Source: a virus (taxonomy: Duplodnaviria > Caudoviricetes). Taken from it: DNA of 41,191 bases. Below the pieces are notes generated by a model. That model was not told the DNA's origin. It did no database searches and saw only the letters and a program-made list of their open reading frames with translations. Shown piece after piece: positions 8,429-18,042 of the stretch (positions are counted from its first letter, which is position 1; every line of letters starts with the position of its first letter). The position numbers were made by a program, and so were the translations under genes. The DNA is taken from positions 1 through 41,191 of IMG/VR virus record IMGVR_UViG_3300036376_000001; one strand, 5' to 3'.

Positions 8429-9022
8429 ATGCCGTATAAGGTTGAACCGCCGCTCTACCGTGTGTGGGCGAGCATGTTGCAAAGATGCCGAAACCCACGG
8501 GCGCGGCAATACCAAGACTACGGAGGACGAGGCATCCGTGTTTGTGACAAGTGGCTAACTTACAAGAACTTTGAAGACGACATGCCGCCACGGCCATCAC
8601 TTAGCCATTCGATTGACCGGATTGACAACGACGGCCACTACGAACCTGGAAACGTGCGGTGGGCGACCAAGCGCGAGCAAATGATGAACCAGCGTCGCGC
8701 GGTTTTCGTAACCATTGAAGGCAGCAGATACCGGGCTATCGAACTTGCCGAGAAGGCTGGCGTTAAAGCTGACACAATCATTGCCAGAGCCAATCGCGGT
8801 TTGCCGCTTTCAGAGGTTCTTCGTCCCGACAAGTTGTTGAACCGTCGCGTCCCAGTTGAAGCTGTCGCGAAGCGACTTGCCAATAAGGCCGCCGAGACGC
8901 ATTGCAAGAACGGCCACCCATGGACGCCCGAAAACACCCGCATAACCCCGCAGGGGTGGCGCAACTGTCGGGCATGCCACCGCGAGAAAATGCGCCTGCG
9001 TCAAGGCTACTATTCCGATTAA
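8429..9022 (+). CDS. Free-standing HNH-type endonuclease, antisense to the late operon
   Basis: WASMLQRC...YGGRGIRVC...SIDRIDNDGHYEPGNVRWAT; C-terminal THCKNGH...CRAC Zn module. Confidence 0.85.
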   Translation: MPYKVEPPLYRVWASMLQRCRNPRARQYQDYGGRGIRVCDKWLTYKNFEDDMPPRPSLSHSIDRIDNDGHYEPGNVRWATKREQMMNQRRAVFVTIEGSRYRAIELAEKAGVKADTIIARANRGLPLSEVLRPDKLLNRRVPVEAVAKRLANKAAETHCKNGHPWTPENTRITPQGWRNCRACHREKMRLRQGYYSD

Positions 9023-10353
9023 GCTTCCGGGGCGGCGCGCTGCGGCTGCTTGGCGGCCTTCTCGGCCTCCAGCCCCATCAGAAACTTGACCAGGGCGGCG
9101 CGCGCGTCAGGCGCGACCGCCTCCATTGGCGTGTTGCGAAGCAACTCTTCGTAAAGCGGGGAGCGTTTCCGAACGCCTTCCTCAAGTGCGTTGAAGGCCC
9201 GCTTTGCCAAGGCGTTTTGAACGCCCTTCGCCGCAACGCCGGGGGCGGCACCTGCTACAAAGCCCACTCCCGCCCCAACCGGGCCGCCGATGGCTGCACC
9301 CGCGACGCTTCCGGCCCCTGCTGTCAAGAAGTTGCCCATGCCCCCACCCCCACCAAGGAGGTTAGCAATGTCGCGGGTTGAGTTACGGAGCGGGTCTCCC
9401 CGGATTACCTGCTCAATGGCAGCTTGCTCTGCGTCGTTGAACCCAGCTCCAAGCTTTGGCTTGGCGAGTACGTCAACGAGGCGGTTGCGCATGGAATTGT
9501 CGTAGTTGCGCCCCGAATTGGCGGCAACACTTCGTAGGTCGGCAAGCTCTTCACGTCCTGTGAGGAGGTCGGATCGCTTGGCGGCTGCGTAGTTGCCGCG
9601 AGCGTTCTGGAGGATGCCTGCGGCTTCGGAAGCGGGTCCAGCCACAACACTCGCCGGGTCAGCTTTCGAAATGAAGTCGTCAAGTCCCTCAATGATACGC
9701 TTGGCAGCCAACTGCTCAGTGGGGTTGTTAAAATCTCTAGCCGCGTTGCCGAAGGCACGGCGAGCCGCCTCGATGCCTTGGAGACCGGCGACGCTGCCTT
9801 CCGGAGGTTTCGCGAGGGTGTCGAGGATGCCGAACGACTTGGGAGCGAGCTTGTCAAGGATGCCGTCTTTCTCAAGACTGGCGCGAAGGCCGCCTGCAAG
9901 GTCCGCCACGGACTGCGACGAGTAATCCACGCCGAGGTTGCGCGCCTTATCGTAACCCGCAGACGCGGCGGCGCGCAATGCATCAGCCGATGGGGCCTCC
10001 ACCTCTGGCTGCTTCATCATGCCCATGACCCCAGCGCCACGGGAGGCGGGGCTTACGGGGGAGATAAATCCAGCAAGGTCGTTGGCGCGCCCGATGGCCT
10101 CGTCCGAAAACGGGTCCGTCTTGCCCTGGTACACGTCGCCCGGCAGCGTTGCAGCCCCGACCGCACTGTCCCACAGGCCGGACAGGGCGCGTGGTACGGC
10201 GAGGTGCAGACCCTCCTTGTCTTTGCGAAGCGGCAGGAGCATGCCCGTATATGAACCGTCGTCCTGCGCCGGGGCCTGTTGCTGGTCTTGCACGCGCAAA
10301 CGGGCCTGTGCGACTGCCAGAGCCCTTTTCTGCTCAAGTGTCAGTTCGCCCAT
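9019..10353 (-). CDS. Internal virion/ejection protein
   Basis: Ala-rich helical protein with a Gly-rich hydrophobic C-terminal segment; lies after the SLT ejection protein. Confidence 0.6.
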   Translation of the reverse strand: MGELTLEQKRALAVAQARLRVQDQQQAPAQDDGSYTGMLLPLRKDKEGLHLAVPRALSGLWDSAVGAATLPGDVYQGKTDPFSDEAIGRANDLAGFISPVSPASRGAGVMGMMKQPEVEAPSADALRAAASAGYDKARNLGVDYSSQSVADLAGGLRASLEKDGILDKLAPKSFGILDTLAKPPEGSVAGLQGIEAARRAFGNAARDFNNPTEQLAAKRIIEGLDDFISKADPASVVAGPASEAAGILQNARGNYAAAKRSDLLTGREELADLRSVAANSGRNYDNSMRNRLVDVLAKPKLGAGFNDAEQAAIEQVIRGDPLRNSTRDIANLLGGGGGMGNFLTAGAGSVAGAAIGGPVGAGVGFVAGAAPGVAAKGVQNALAKRAFNALEEGVRKRSPLYEELLRNTPMEAVAPDARAALVKFLMGLEAEKAAKQPQRAAPEA

Positions 10354-12245
10354 AGGGATTTCTCCTCGGGCGTCATGACCTCCCACACCTTGGGGTCAAC
10401 GCCTTCAGGCGCCTTTGCCGGAACGGCCTTGTTCTGCGTTGCTGCCGGGGGCGGGGGCGGGACGAACGGGGGCACCTTGACGCGGAAAAGAGAACGAACC
10501 TGACCGTTCTCCTGCTGCCCCTCGGGGTAGACCTCGTCAATCATGGCGTTGTGCATGTCGACCTTGGCCTGCGCTGCGCGAGTGCCGATATCGATCAGGC
10601 GCCTGATTGTCGCGGGCTCAAGTTTGATGTTCCCGCCCGCCGCCGCGGCGGCAAAGTCGCGGTCGGCGTTCGAAATGCCAGAGCCAGCGCCCAGCCCCTT
10701 GACAAGGCCCAGAACGACCGGCGCCATTGCCGACTGGAAGGTTTCGGCATTCGACGCCGCCGTCGCATCAAGCCCGAACAGCGCGCCGATCTTCTGCATG
10801 CCGACACGCATGTCCGCGCCCGCGCCGAGCGTGATGTTCCCGCTGTTTATCAGGCGGCTGGCCTCTTGGAACGCGGGCAAGGACTGTGCGGCGGCTCGGG
10901 CCTCTCCTGCGCGGGTCGAGACTTCCTCGAAAACCTGCTTGGACGGGCCGGGCGTCGTGTTGATGTTGGTCGTCGGGCGACCTACGGCGTCCATCTTGCC
11001 ATAGGGGTCCACCTGATACGGCGTCTTGTCCGATGGATCGATGCCGTACCGTGCGCGCTCTTGCGGGTCCACAAGAGGACGGAACCCCTGCTGTTTGCGT
11101 TGCGCGTCCGTAAGATCGGACAACCCTTTCTGGTTGGTGATCGTTTGCCCTTCGATCTGGCCCGGGATGAGCGCAACCTTCCCCTTCGCCTCTGCTTCCT
11201 GATACGGGAACAATTTGTTTTGGTTCTCGGCGTTCTGGAGCTGCGCCCTTTCCAGCGGCGTCATCGGCTTGGGAATGGCCTGCATGATCATCTGAACCTG
11301 CTGGCGCTGGCTCTCGTTCATGTAGGGCCACATCGCCGAGATCTGCCGCATCATGCCCAGCCGATCCATGCCCTGCGCCGGGGCCGCCTGCTGCGGCTGG
11401 CCGCCGGGGATCTGGTATTCGGCAGGCTGCGCGCCGGGCGCGGGGACGTCAGCGGGGGCGGCCTGTGCGGCCTGTGCGGTCTGTACGGGCTGCTTCTGCC
11501 CGCCGTAACCGTAATAGCTCGTGACATGGTTAGCGAACTGTCCGGCCGTCATGTTGGGATCGCCACCATTGCCCGTGACGGCCTTCACGCCGACGATCTG
11601 CGCCGCCGGGGCGTCGGGGTTGGACAGCAGCTTGATGGCACCGCCCGCGCCCTGCTGGTGGGCAAGCGCCAACGTGGCCTCGTTGACAGGCAACCCGGCG
11701 TTCTTCAGCGCAGCGGCGTTGTCCTGCGTAAACCTCTCCATTGCGACCCGCTGCTGCTGCGGGTCCTTCAATCCGTCGAAGGTCAGGCCGAGGTTGGGAT
11801 ACTTTTCCATCAGCCCGCGCCACGTGCCCGGCATGAACTGGTAGAGCCCGGTTGCGCCCGACCCCTTGTTGACCGCGTTCGGGTTGTTGGCGCTCTCCCG
11901 ATACGCCATGTTCGAGAAGTAGTCGCCACCGCCCCCAGCCGGCATAGAGGAGGCCGTGGACGGCGTCGCCGGGGCAGAGGCGTCACTGCCGCCCGCCTGC
12001 CCGAGAAGGCCCTCCATGACCTTGTTGATGGCCGTGCTGTTGTTCTTCTCGGCCTTGTCCGCCCGAACCTCGTCCAGCGCGCCAAACAAGGCGTCGGACA
12101 GACGCGCGGCGCCCTGCGACCAATGCTGGACCGGAGACGTGTCTGTGCCTTTTTGCTGCAGCAACAGCGCAAGCTTGCGCTTACGGTCGATGCTTTCCGG
12201 CGTCATCATCTCGCCGGGCTGGATGAGGTAATCAATCAGAGGCAT
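10341..12245 (-). CDS. Ejection protein with a lytic transglycosylase domain
   Basis: RESANNPNAVN...ATGLYQFMPGTW...LAHQQG SLT-like motifs. Confidence 0.8.
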   Translation of the reverse strand: MPLIDYLIQPGEMMTPESIDRKRKLALLLQQKGTDTSPVQHWSQGAARLSDALFGALDEVRADKAEKNNSTAINKVMEGLLGQAGGSDASAPATPSTASSMPAGGGGDYFSNMAYRESANNPNAVNKGSGATGLYQFMPGTWRGLMEKYPNLGLTFDGLKDPQQQRVAMERFTQDNAAALKNAGLPVNEATLALAHQQGAGGAIKLLSNPDAPAAQIVGVKAVTGNGGDPNMTAGQFANHVTSYYGYGGQKQPVQTAQAAQAAPADVPAPGAQPAEYQIPGGQPQQAAPAQGMDRLGMMRQISAMWPYMNESQRQQVQMIMQAIPKPMTPLERAQLQNAENQNKLFPYQEAEAKGKVALIPGQIEGQTITNQKGLSDLTDAQRKQQGFRPLVDPQERARYGIDPSDKTPYQVDPYGKMDAVGRPTTNINTTPGPSKQVFEEVSTRAGEARAAAQSLPAFQEASRLINSGNITLGAGADMRVGMQKIGALFGLDATAASNAETFQSAMAPVVLGLVKGLGAGSGISNADRDFAAAAAGGNIKLEPATIRRLIDIGTRAAQAKVDMHNAMIDEVYPEGQQENGQVRSLFRVKVPPFVPPPPPAATQNKAVPAKAPEGVDPKVWEVMTPEEKSLWAN

Positions 12246-12248
12246 CGT

Positions 12249-13019
12249 TTACCTCGGCATGCCAAGGCGGGTTGCCCCGCCGAGAATGGAGCCGCCAAGC
12301 CCGAACAGCCCGCCCATCATGGCCGCGTTCTGCTGGTTCTTCTGGTTGGCGCTGTCGTAGATCATCCCGGCAAGGTTGGTGCCGGCAACCTGCGTCTGGG
12401 GCGTGTTGATGAAGTTCGGCTGCTGGATCTGCGAGCCCGACAACAGCGCCGAAATCTCATTGATCGGCTGGTTGCGCTGCGTCAGCGCTTCCTGATCGAA
12501 CAGCCCCTTGCCCGCCACGTACATGGAATTGTACGCGTCATTGCGGCCCTGGTTGAAATCGCGCTGCATGGAGCTGTAGGCGGCCGAGCCGGGACGAATG
12601 CCACGGTCCACCAGATCCTGCTCAAGCTGCCCCTGCCTCTGCTGCCACAGCGGGTCCAGACGGGACCGCTGCATCTGCTCGTACTTGCTCTCGCTGGCGC
12701 TGTTGAGGTCGAGCGGCGTGTTGAGCTGGTTGCGGATCGCGGCCGACTGCTCGTTGCCGATGGTCGCGATGTTCTGCTTCGTGCCCTGGTTGGTGTCGTA
12801 GATCTTCTGGTTGGCTGGGGACAGCGCCGTCGTGGCCGTGAACTGCGGGACGCTGTCGCCGCCGCCGACATAGATTGAGCCCGTCTTGTCATAGTTCAGG
12901 CTGTAATCGGGCGTGACCTGATTGACCATGTTCATGGCCTGCGTGGCGCGGGCCGTGTTCAGGTTCTGCTTCGTCTGCGCCTCTGCGGTCGCATACGGGT
13001 CGGGAGTGTTCATTTCCAT
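12249..13019 (-). CDS. DNA pilot/ejection protein
   Basis: PDPYATAEAQT N-terminus; Gln/Asn-rich; C-terminal GGLFGLGGSILGG. Confidence 0.65.
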   Translation of the reverse strand: MEMNTPDPYATAEAQTKQNLNTARATQAMNMVNQVTPDYSLNYDKTGSIYVGGGDSVPQFTATTALSPANQKIYDTNQGTKQNIATIGNEQSAAIRNQLNTPLDLNSASESKYEQMQRSRLDPLWQQRQGQLEQDLVDRGIRPGSAAYSSMQRDFNQGRNDAYNSMYVAGKGLFDQEALTQRNQPINEISALLSGSQIQQPNFINTPQTQVAGTNLAGMIYDSANQKNQQNAAMMGGLFGLGGSILGGATRLGMPR

Positions 13020-13020
13020 C

Positions 13021-13428
13021 TTACAACCTCACCAACCGCTGCTCACGCCGCAGCAGGCCGTACTGAATGGCCGAGCAGCCGTCTTCGTAGAAATCCCGGA
13101 GCTTCCCCTCTTCGCGGAAGCCCATGGCCTTGAGCGCCTTGCGGGCCGCCCTGTTGTCCTTGCGTGTCTTGGCACTCACCCGCCGGCAGCCGAAGAAGTC
13201 GAAGCAGATGCGGGCGAGCTCGCGGATGACGGGCACCGTCCAGCAGCCATGACCGATGCCGGACATGTCGACGTTGGCGCCCTTCGTGTAGTTCGACAGC
13301 ACGACGACGCCCCGGATCATGTCGCCCTCGTCCACCACGAGAAAGCCGGACATGCGCTCGGGCGGATACCCGCCTGTAATGTCGAAAACGATGTCACGCG
13401 CCCGCTGGTTGTCGCGGACAAGTCTCAC
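13021..13428 (-). CDS. GNAT-family acetyltransferase
   Basis: DNRAARKALKAMGFREEGKLR motif; usual position in a podovirus tail module. Confidence 0.8.
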   Translation of the reverse strand: MRLVRDNQRARDIVFDITGGYPPERMSGFLVVDEGDMIRGVVVLSNYTKGANVDMSGIGHGCWTVPVIRELARICFDFFGCRRVSAKTRKDNRAARKALKAMGFREEGKLRDFYEDGCSAIQYGLLRREQRLVRL

Positions 13429-15095
13429 CCGAACGCCTCGCCGCTCTCATACGTCATGTCGATGGACGTGACCTTGACCTCGACGTTCTCCACCGTCGCC
13501 ACCGTCACCTGATAGACAGGCGCCACCATCGTCCCGAAGCCGGTCAGGCCACGCCAGCGATTGGACGAGAAGCTTGTGCGCGTCGGCCACTTGTCCCGGC
13601 CCCACTTCGCCACGCCCCACCGCGCGCCCGACAGGATGGGGTTGGACAGGCCCGGGGCGCTCGGCACCGTGAAGTCGTAATCTTTCTTGATGGTGAGCTT
13701 CGTGCCCTGCAGTTCCAGGTTGGACTGCGCGTTGACGCGGCCCATGCCCATCAGCTTCATCACGGCCGGCGCCTTCATGTCGGTGAAGGACCAAAACATC
13801 GTGCCAGTGTAAGGGGCATTCGAGAGGGCCAACTGGCCGGACGTGCCGGACGGGTTGCCCCACCGTGCATTGCCCCACCGCGCCCGGCCCCAGCGTGCAC
13901 CGTCCGTCGTGACGACGTCGCCGGGGTCGCCCACATCGGCCGCACCGACGTAAGCCTCGTTCACCGTCCCCAGGTCCGTGCCGAAGAACAGCCGGTTCTT
14001 GTACACGGCGAAGCAGTTGGCCTGCCAGCCCGTGAACTTGCACCACGCGCCCGTGACGAGGTTGGAGACCAGTTGCGTGGACGACTGCGGCACCGTCACG
14101 AGGAACATCTGCTCGGACGGCCAGCCCGTCATGCTCCACAGCGGCTCGGTAAAGCGCCCCTTCGTCAGGCGCTGGAACTCGGGCGCAATCGGCTTCGTGA
14201 TGGCCGTGTCGATCAGCGCGGCGCGGTCGTAGTTCACCGCCTTTGACAGCGGGATAATGCCGTCCTCGCACAGGACCGCCACGTCACCGCCGGCCTTGAA
14301 CAGGCAGCGATAGCCGAGCGGGCGACCCACCTTGTAAAGGCCCACGCGGGACCACGTGGCGCTGTCGGACGGGCTCGACCCCGTATAGGCCAACACCTCG
14401 CCCTCGGACGACACGAAGACGCACACATCCTGCAGGCCGCCATTGGTCGCCACGGCCCATGAAGCACCGGCCACCAGATACCCGCCGGACGGGAAGTCGG
14501 CGCCAAGCGGCAGTTCCGTGGCAGCGCCGCCAATGGCGTCTGCAGCGAGGTACCACGCCGACAGCGAGTTTTCCTGAATGAAGTACTGCCGCCCCTTGTA
14601 CGTCCAGCAGTTGACCAGCGTGGCGCTGTCGACGCCCGTGATGGCGGGCGAGGTCGTCCAGTTGGTGCCGTCGAACAGGCGACGCACGTCGGAGCCGTTG
14701 ACGGCCACGAGATAGGTGCCACCCGCCCCGGTGAAGTTCATCCATTGCCAGTTGCCGCTGGTCAGGCCCGTCACCGCCGCCGAGGTGATGATGCCGCCGC
14801 CGGACACGTCGAAGATGCGATCCAGCGTGGATGCGAACATGCGTTCCAGCGTCCCCGACTTGTACGTCATCAGGGAATAGATTGGCTGGACCATGTTGGC
14901 GGCATACTGCCGCGATCCGGCGCGCAGGCGCACATAGTCGGCCGCCGGGAAGAAGTTCTCCAGGATGTACGCGGTACCCACCGGGGCGTCGGCCAGAGCC
15001 TGCCCAACATACCACCCCTTCGTCGGGGCCGGCATCGTGACGGCCTTCGCCACGCGCCCGCGCTTGGATTTCTCCCGGAGCGGCGTCGCGAACAT
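13425..15095 (-). CDS. Tail hub/DNA stabilization protein (P22 gp10-like)
   Basis: Start MFATPLREK; PAPTKGW; beta-rich; ARWG repeats; position in the tail module. Confidence 0.75.
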   Translation of the reverse strand: MFATPLREKSKRGRVAKAVTMPAPTKGWYVGQALADAPVGTAYILENFFPAADYVRLRAGSRQYAANMVQPIYSLMTYKSGTLERMFASTLDRIFDVSGGGIITSAAVTGLTSGNWQWMNFTGAGGTYLVAVNGSDVRRLFDGTNWTTSPAITGVDSATLVNCWTYKGRQYFIQENSLSAWYLAADAIGGAATELPLGADFPSGGYLVAGASWAVATNGGLQDVCVFVSSEGEVLAYTGSSPSDSATWSRVGLYKVGRPLGYRCLFKAGGDVAVLCEDGIIPLSKAVNYDRAALIDTAITKPIAPEFQRLTKGRFTEPLWSMTGWPSEQMFLVTVPQSSTQLVSNLVTGAWCKFTGWQANCFAVYKNRLFFGTDLGTVNEAYVGAADVGDPGDVVTTDGARWGRARWGNARWGNPSGTSGQLALSNAPYTGTMFWSFTDMKAPAVMKLMGMGRVNAQSNLELQGTKLTIKKDYDFTVPSAPGLSNPILSGARWGVAKWGRDKWPTRTSFSSNRWRGLTGFGTMVAPVYQVTVATVENVEVKVTSIDMTYESGEAFG

Positions 15096-15481
15096 TACCA
15101 GAGGCCCCCACGGCTGATGCCGCCCGACGCACCGTGCGCATCGCTGTCGCTGCCGAAGCCCGACGGCGCAGCGCTCATGCCGCCCCCGTAGCCGCGTGAG
15201 GCGCCCCAGCCGCCATTGCCCATCCACGTGTTCGCCGGGGACATGAAGCCCATCGGACGGCCCCAGACGGTCGGCGACACGGTGTAGCCGACGTTGGGGT
15301 CAAACTGTTGCTGGTAGGCGTTCAGGCGGCCCGTATAGGGCGGGTCACGGGGGTCGCGCTGCCACCCGCTTATGCCGCCAATCGTGAACGTTTCCGGCTG
15401 CGGCTGGGCTGTCGCGCCCGGCTGCATGGGCTGCATGGGCTGCATGGGCATAAGCCCGTTGATGAGGCCGTCGCGGGGCAT
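15095..15481 (-). CDS. Low-complexity Gly/Pro/Met-rich protein
   Basis: Coupled to both neighbours; (MQP)3 repeat. Confidence 0.55.
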   Translation of the reverse strand: MPRDGLINGLMPMQPMQPMQPGATAQPQPETFTIGGISGWQRDPRDPPYTGRLNAYQQQFDPNVGYTVSPTVWGRPMGFMSPANTWMGNGGWGASRGYGGGMSAAPSGFGSDSDAHGASGGISRGGLW

Positions 15482-16173
15482 CAGACGATCACCGAATAGC
15501 TATTTTTCAGCCTAATCTCGGTCCCGCCCGTGCTCTCGGACTGGCGGATGGTCGGCATGCCGTGGTCAGCATTGACCGCCTTCGCCCGCTCGACCTGCGC
15601 CGTGCGGAACGGCTCGGCATAGTCGAACCCCTTCGCAGCCTTGAACCGCCAGATGGCGCCCAGCTTGAGAAGCCGCTCGGGCAGGAGCGTCGTGTCGCTG
15701 TCGGACTGCCAAGTGGCTTTCGTTTCGCCGTCCGAGCCCACGATCCAGTTGGCGCGGCGGTACTCGCCGTTGATGACGACGCCAAGCTGGGGAGCGCGCC
15801 AGAACTCGACCTTGTTCGACACCAGCCGCCAGACGGGGCGGATCGGCGAGGAGACGGCGGAGCGCAACACGAGGAACTGCTGGTCGCTGACCTGCATCAA
15901 CGGGATGTAGGGGCGCCCGTATTCCCACAGCACCATGCCGGGCATCAGGCGATCCATGTCCGCCGGCAGGTCGAACAGCGTCGTTTCGCCATCGCCCTGC
16001 AGGGTCATGGTCGTCTTGAGCGAGCGCCAGTCATGGAACCGGGACAGCTCCTCGCCCTCGTTCAGAAGAAGGGCGGCTATCTGCTTGTATGCGGGCTCGC
16101 CGGTCAGGGCGACGCCTGTCGCGTCAAGCCCCACCTCGGCGGCAACCGCATTGACCATCGCCAGAAGCGTCAT
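15481..16173 (-). CDS. Head-tail adaptor/tail tubular protein
   Basis: MTLLAMVNAVAAEVGL...LLKLGAIWRFKAAKGFDYAE. Confidence 0.75.
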   Translation of the reverse strand: MTLLAMVNAVAAEVGLDATGVALTGEPAYKQIAALLLNEGEELSRFHDWRSLKTTMTLQGDGETTLFDLPADMDRLMPGMVLWEYGRPYIPLMQVSDQQFLVLRSAVSSPIRPVWRLVSNKVEFWRAPQLGVVINGEYRRANWIVGSDGETKATWQSDSDTTLLPERLLKLGAIWRFKAAKGFDYAEPFRTAQVERAKAVNADHGMPTIRQSESTGGTEIRLKNSYSVIV

Positions 16174-16679
16174 TCTTTCACCGCCGACAGAATGATGATT
16201 GTCGAACCGTTCGACACCGAGTTGTTGAGGGTCTTGAAATGCCCCCGGTACCACGGCCGGTAATCGGTCATCGGAGTGACGCCGATCTGCTTCGTGTACT
16301 CGTCCTGGTCGAGGAAAATCAGGCTTTCCGGCGGGATGACCCGCGTATGCCCCGGGTCGCCCCACGCCCACGGGGAAGACGGGTGCGGCGTCGTGGCGAT
16401 GAAGAACCCACCATGCTTCAGGATGCGCCAGAACTCTTCGAACTGGGCGAAGAAGGTGCGCCAGTCGCCTTGCTGCCCAACGTGCTCCAGCACCTCATAG
16501 GCATGCACCTCGTCAAAGGTGCCTTCCTTGAAGGGAAGCGGAAGGTCGGACAGGTCGTGGACGTAATCCGGCCTGTGCGCCGGGTTCATGTCGAGCGTGA
16601 CGAGATCCGTCCACTGCTCTCGGCCGGGTAGCGAGACGCGCTTGTCGCGCCTCGCCCCGCACCCCAACAGAAGTTCCAC
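16170..16679 (-). CDS. Class I SAM-dependent methyltransferase
   Basis: LLGCG motif I, LDMNP, LPFKEGTFDEVHAYEVLEH, RILKHGG. Confidence 0.85.
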   Translation of the reverse strand: MELLLGCGARRDKRVSLPGREQWTDLVTLDMNPAHRPDYVHDLSDLPLPFKEGTFDEVHAYEVLEHVGQQGDWRTFFAQFEEFWRILKHGGFFIATTPHPSSPWAWGDPGHTRVIPPESLIFLDQDEYTKQIGVTPMTDYRPWYRGHFKTLNNSVSNGSTIIILSAVKE

Positions 16680-16704
16680 TGTAGATATATCTACCGTGGT
16701 TTCG

Positions 16705-16977
16705 TCAGGCAACCGCAGCCTGGAGCTTCGCCGAAAGGTCGGCCAGCTTGGCAGCGACGTCGTCGATGGCCGGCTGGTCAACGACAGCGGCATCGGCGAT
16801 CTGCTTCTTGAGTTCGTCGACCTTGACGATGACGGCGTCCACCTTGGCGGACAGGTCGCCGACATTGGCATTCACAACGGAAAAGTCAGCCATCATAGCC
16901 TCCAGTTTGCACATGAAGTGGGCCATCAGGTCGAGCACATGCACGACCTTGTGGATTTCGCATTTGCAGTGGGTCAT
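16705..16977 (-). CDS. Small coiled-coil protein (start uncertain)
   Basis: Heptad-rich C-terminal part. Confidence 0.55.
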   Translation of the reverse strand: MTHCKCEIHKVVHVLDLMAHFMCKLEAMMADFSVVNANVGDLSAKVDAVIVKVDELKKQIADAAVVDQPAIDDVAAKLADLSAKLQAAVA

Positions 16978-17603
16978 GCCGCCTCCACTTCGGCCTCCGG
17001 GTCCTCCTTGCGGGGGCGGCCGGGCCTGCGCTTGATCGGCTCTTCGGTGTTGTCGCGGCCTTCCAGAGCAGACTGCAGCGCGGCAACCTGCTCCCGAAGC
17101 GTCGCAAGTTCATTGGCGGTGTTGCGCTGGTCGGTGCTGTCGACCCACGCCCGAGCCTGATCGCGCTTCGAGCGCAGGCTGTAGACCCGGATGTCCGGCA
17201 TCTGCCCGTCCGTGATGGCGGCCAAATCCTCAATCGACCGGATGCTGTTGAGGTGGAGGGCGTCGATATCCTCCTCCGTCAGCGTGCCGAGGGCGGCCAG
17301 CGGCGTTCCCCTATTGGGTGCCGTCTCGCCGGCCTTCCAGGCTTCGTACAGCGGCTTGACGTGGTCCCACAGGCTCGGCTGGCCGTGCTCGGGCGGAAGC
17401 GTGCGCTGCAGGTCCTTGATGCGCCACGGCGTGAGCGTCTTGTTCGTGCCGCCGCGCGGGCCAATCAGGGCATACTCGACGGGGACCTTCACCACCTCCT
17501 TCTTGATGATGCGAGGCGGATTGACCGAATGGTCCCAGTCCAGCGTCTCCTTTTCCACGTACTTGACGTAAAAACGTTGTACCACCACGCCGAAATCGTT
17601 CAT
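16974..17603 (-). CDS. Phage protein with a C-terminal AT-hook-like motif
   Basis: GTPLAAL..IRSIEDLAA, coiled coil, KRRPGRPRK. Confidence 0.7.
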   Translation of the reverse strand: MNDFGVVVQRFYVKYVEKETLDWDHSVNPPRIIKKEVVKVPVEYALIGPRGGTNKTLTPWRIKDLQRTLPPEHGQPSLWDHVKPLYEAWKAGETAPNRGTPLAALGTLTEEDIDALHLNSIRSIEDLAAITDGQMPDIRVYSLRSKRDQARAWVDSTDQRNTANELATLREQVAALQSALEGRDNTEEPIKRRPGRPRKEDPEAEVEAA

Positions 17604-18034
17604 GCGATAGTTCTCTCTTTGCGAACGGCCGAGATCAGGCTCTGCGACACGCCGTAACGCGCCGCGAGCGAAATGCCCGGTTCCGATGATGTCTGGATAT
17701 GCGCCCGGTCTTCGGGACTAAGCTTCTTTGGGCGGCCCGCGCGGGTCTGTCGCCCCTTCTTGACTTTGTCACGCATGTTTTCGTCGTGCGTCCCAAGCCA
17801 TAAATGGTCCGGGTTCACGCACGACGGTGTGTCGCACTTATGCAAGACGTGCAGAGTTGGCGGGATCGGACCGTTGGCGATCATCCAAGCGGCTCGATGT
17901 GCTTTGATGACTTTACCGTCGTATCCGATGGTGCCGTAGCCTAGACGGTCTTTTGAACCTGAAAAGTGCCAACAGCCGCTGGCCTCGTCTGGTTTGACTT
18001 TTTCACAGAGCCTGACAGAAAGCGGGCGCCTCAT
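17600..18034 (-). CDS. HNH endonuclease
   Basis: GCWHF..GYG..AHRAAW..VLHKCDTPSCVNPDHLWLGT..NMRD; C-terminal HTH. Confidence 0.9.
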   Translation of the reverse strand: MRRPLSVRLCEKVKPDEASGCWHFSGSKDRLGYGTIGYDGKVIKAHRAAWMIANGPIPPTLHVLHKCDTPSCVNPDHLWLGTHDENMRDKVKKGRQTRAGRPKKLSPEDRAHIQTSSEPGISLAARYGVSQSLISAVRKERTIA

Positions 18035-18042
18035 GGGGGCTC

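Noticed and set aside
10551-12878. Long plus-strand ORFs (also 7206-8342, 18836-20473, 24396-25652, 31052-33066, 35959-37173)
   Set aside because: These are antisense shadows of GC3-biased minus-strand genes, with no recognisable motifs.
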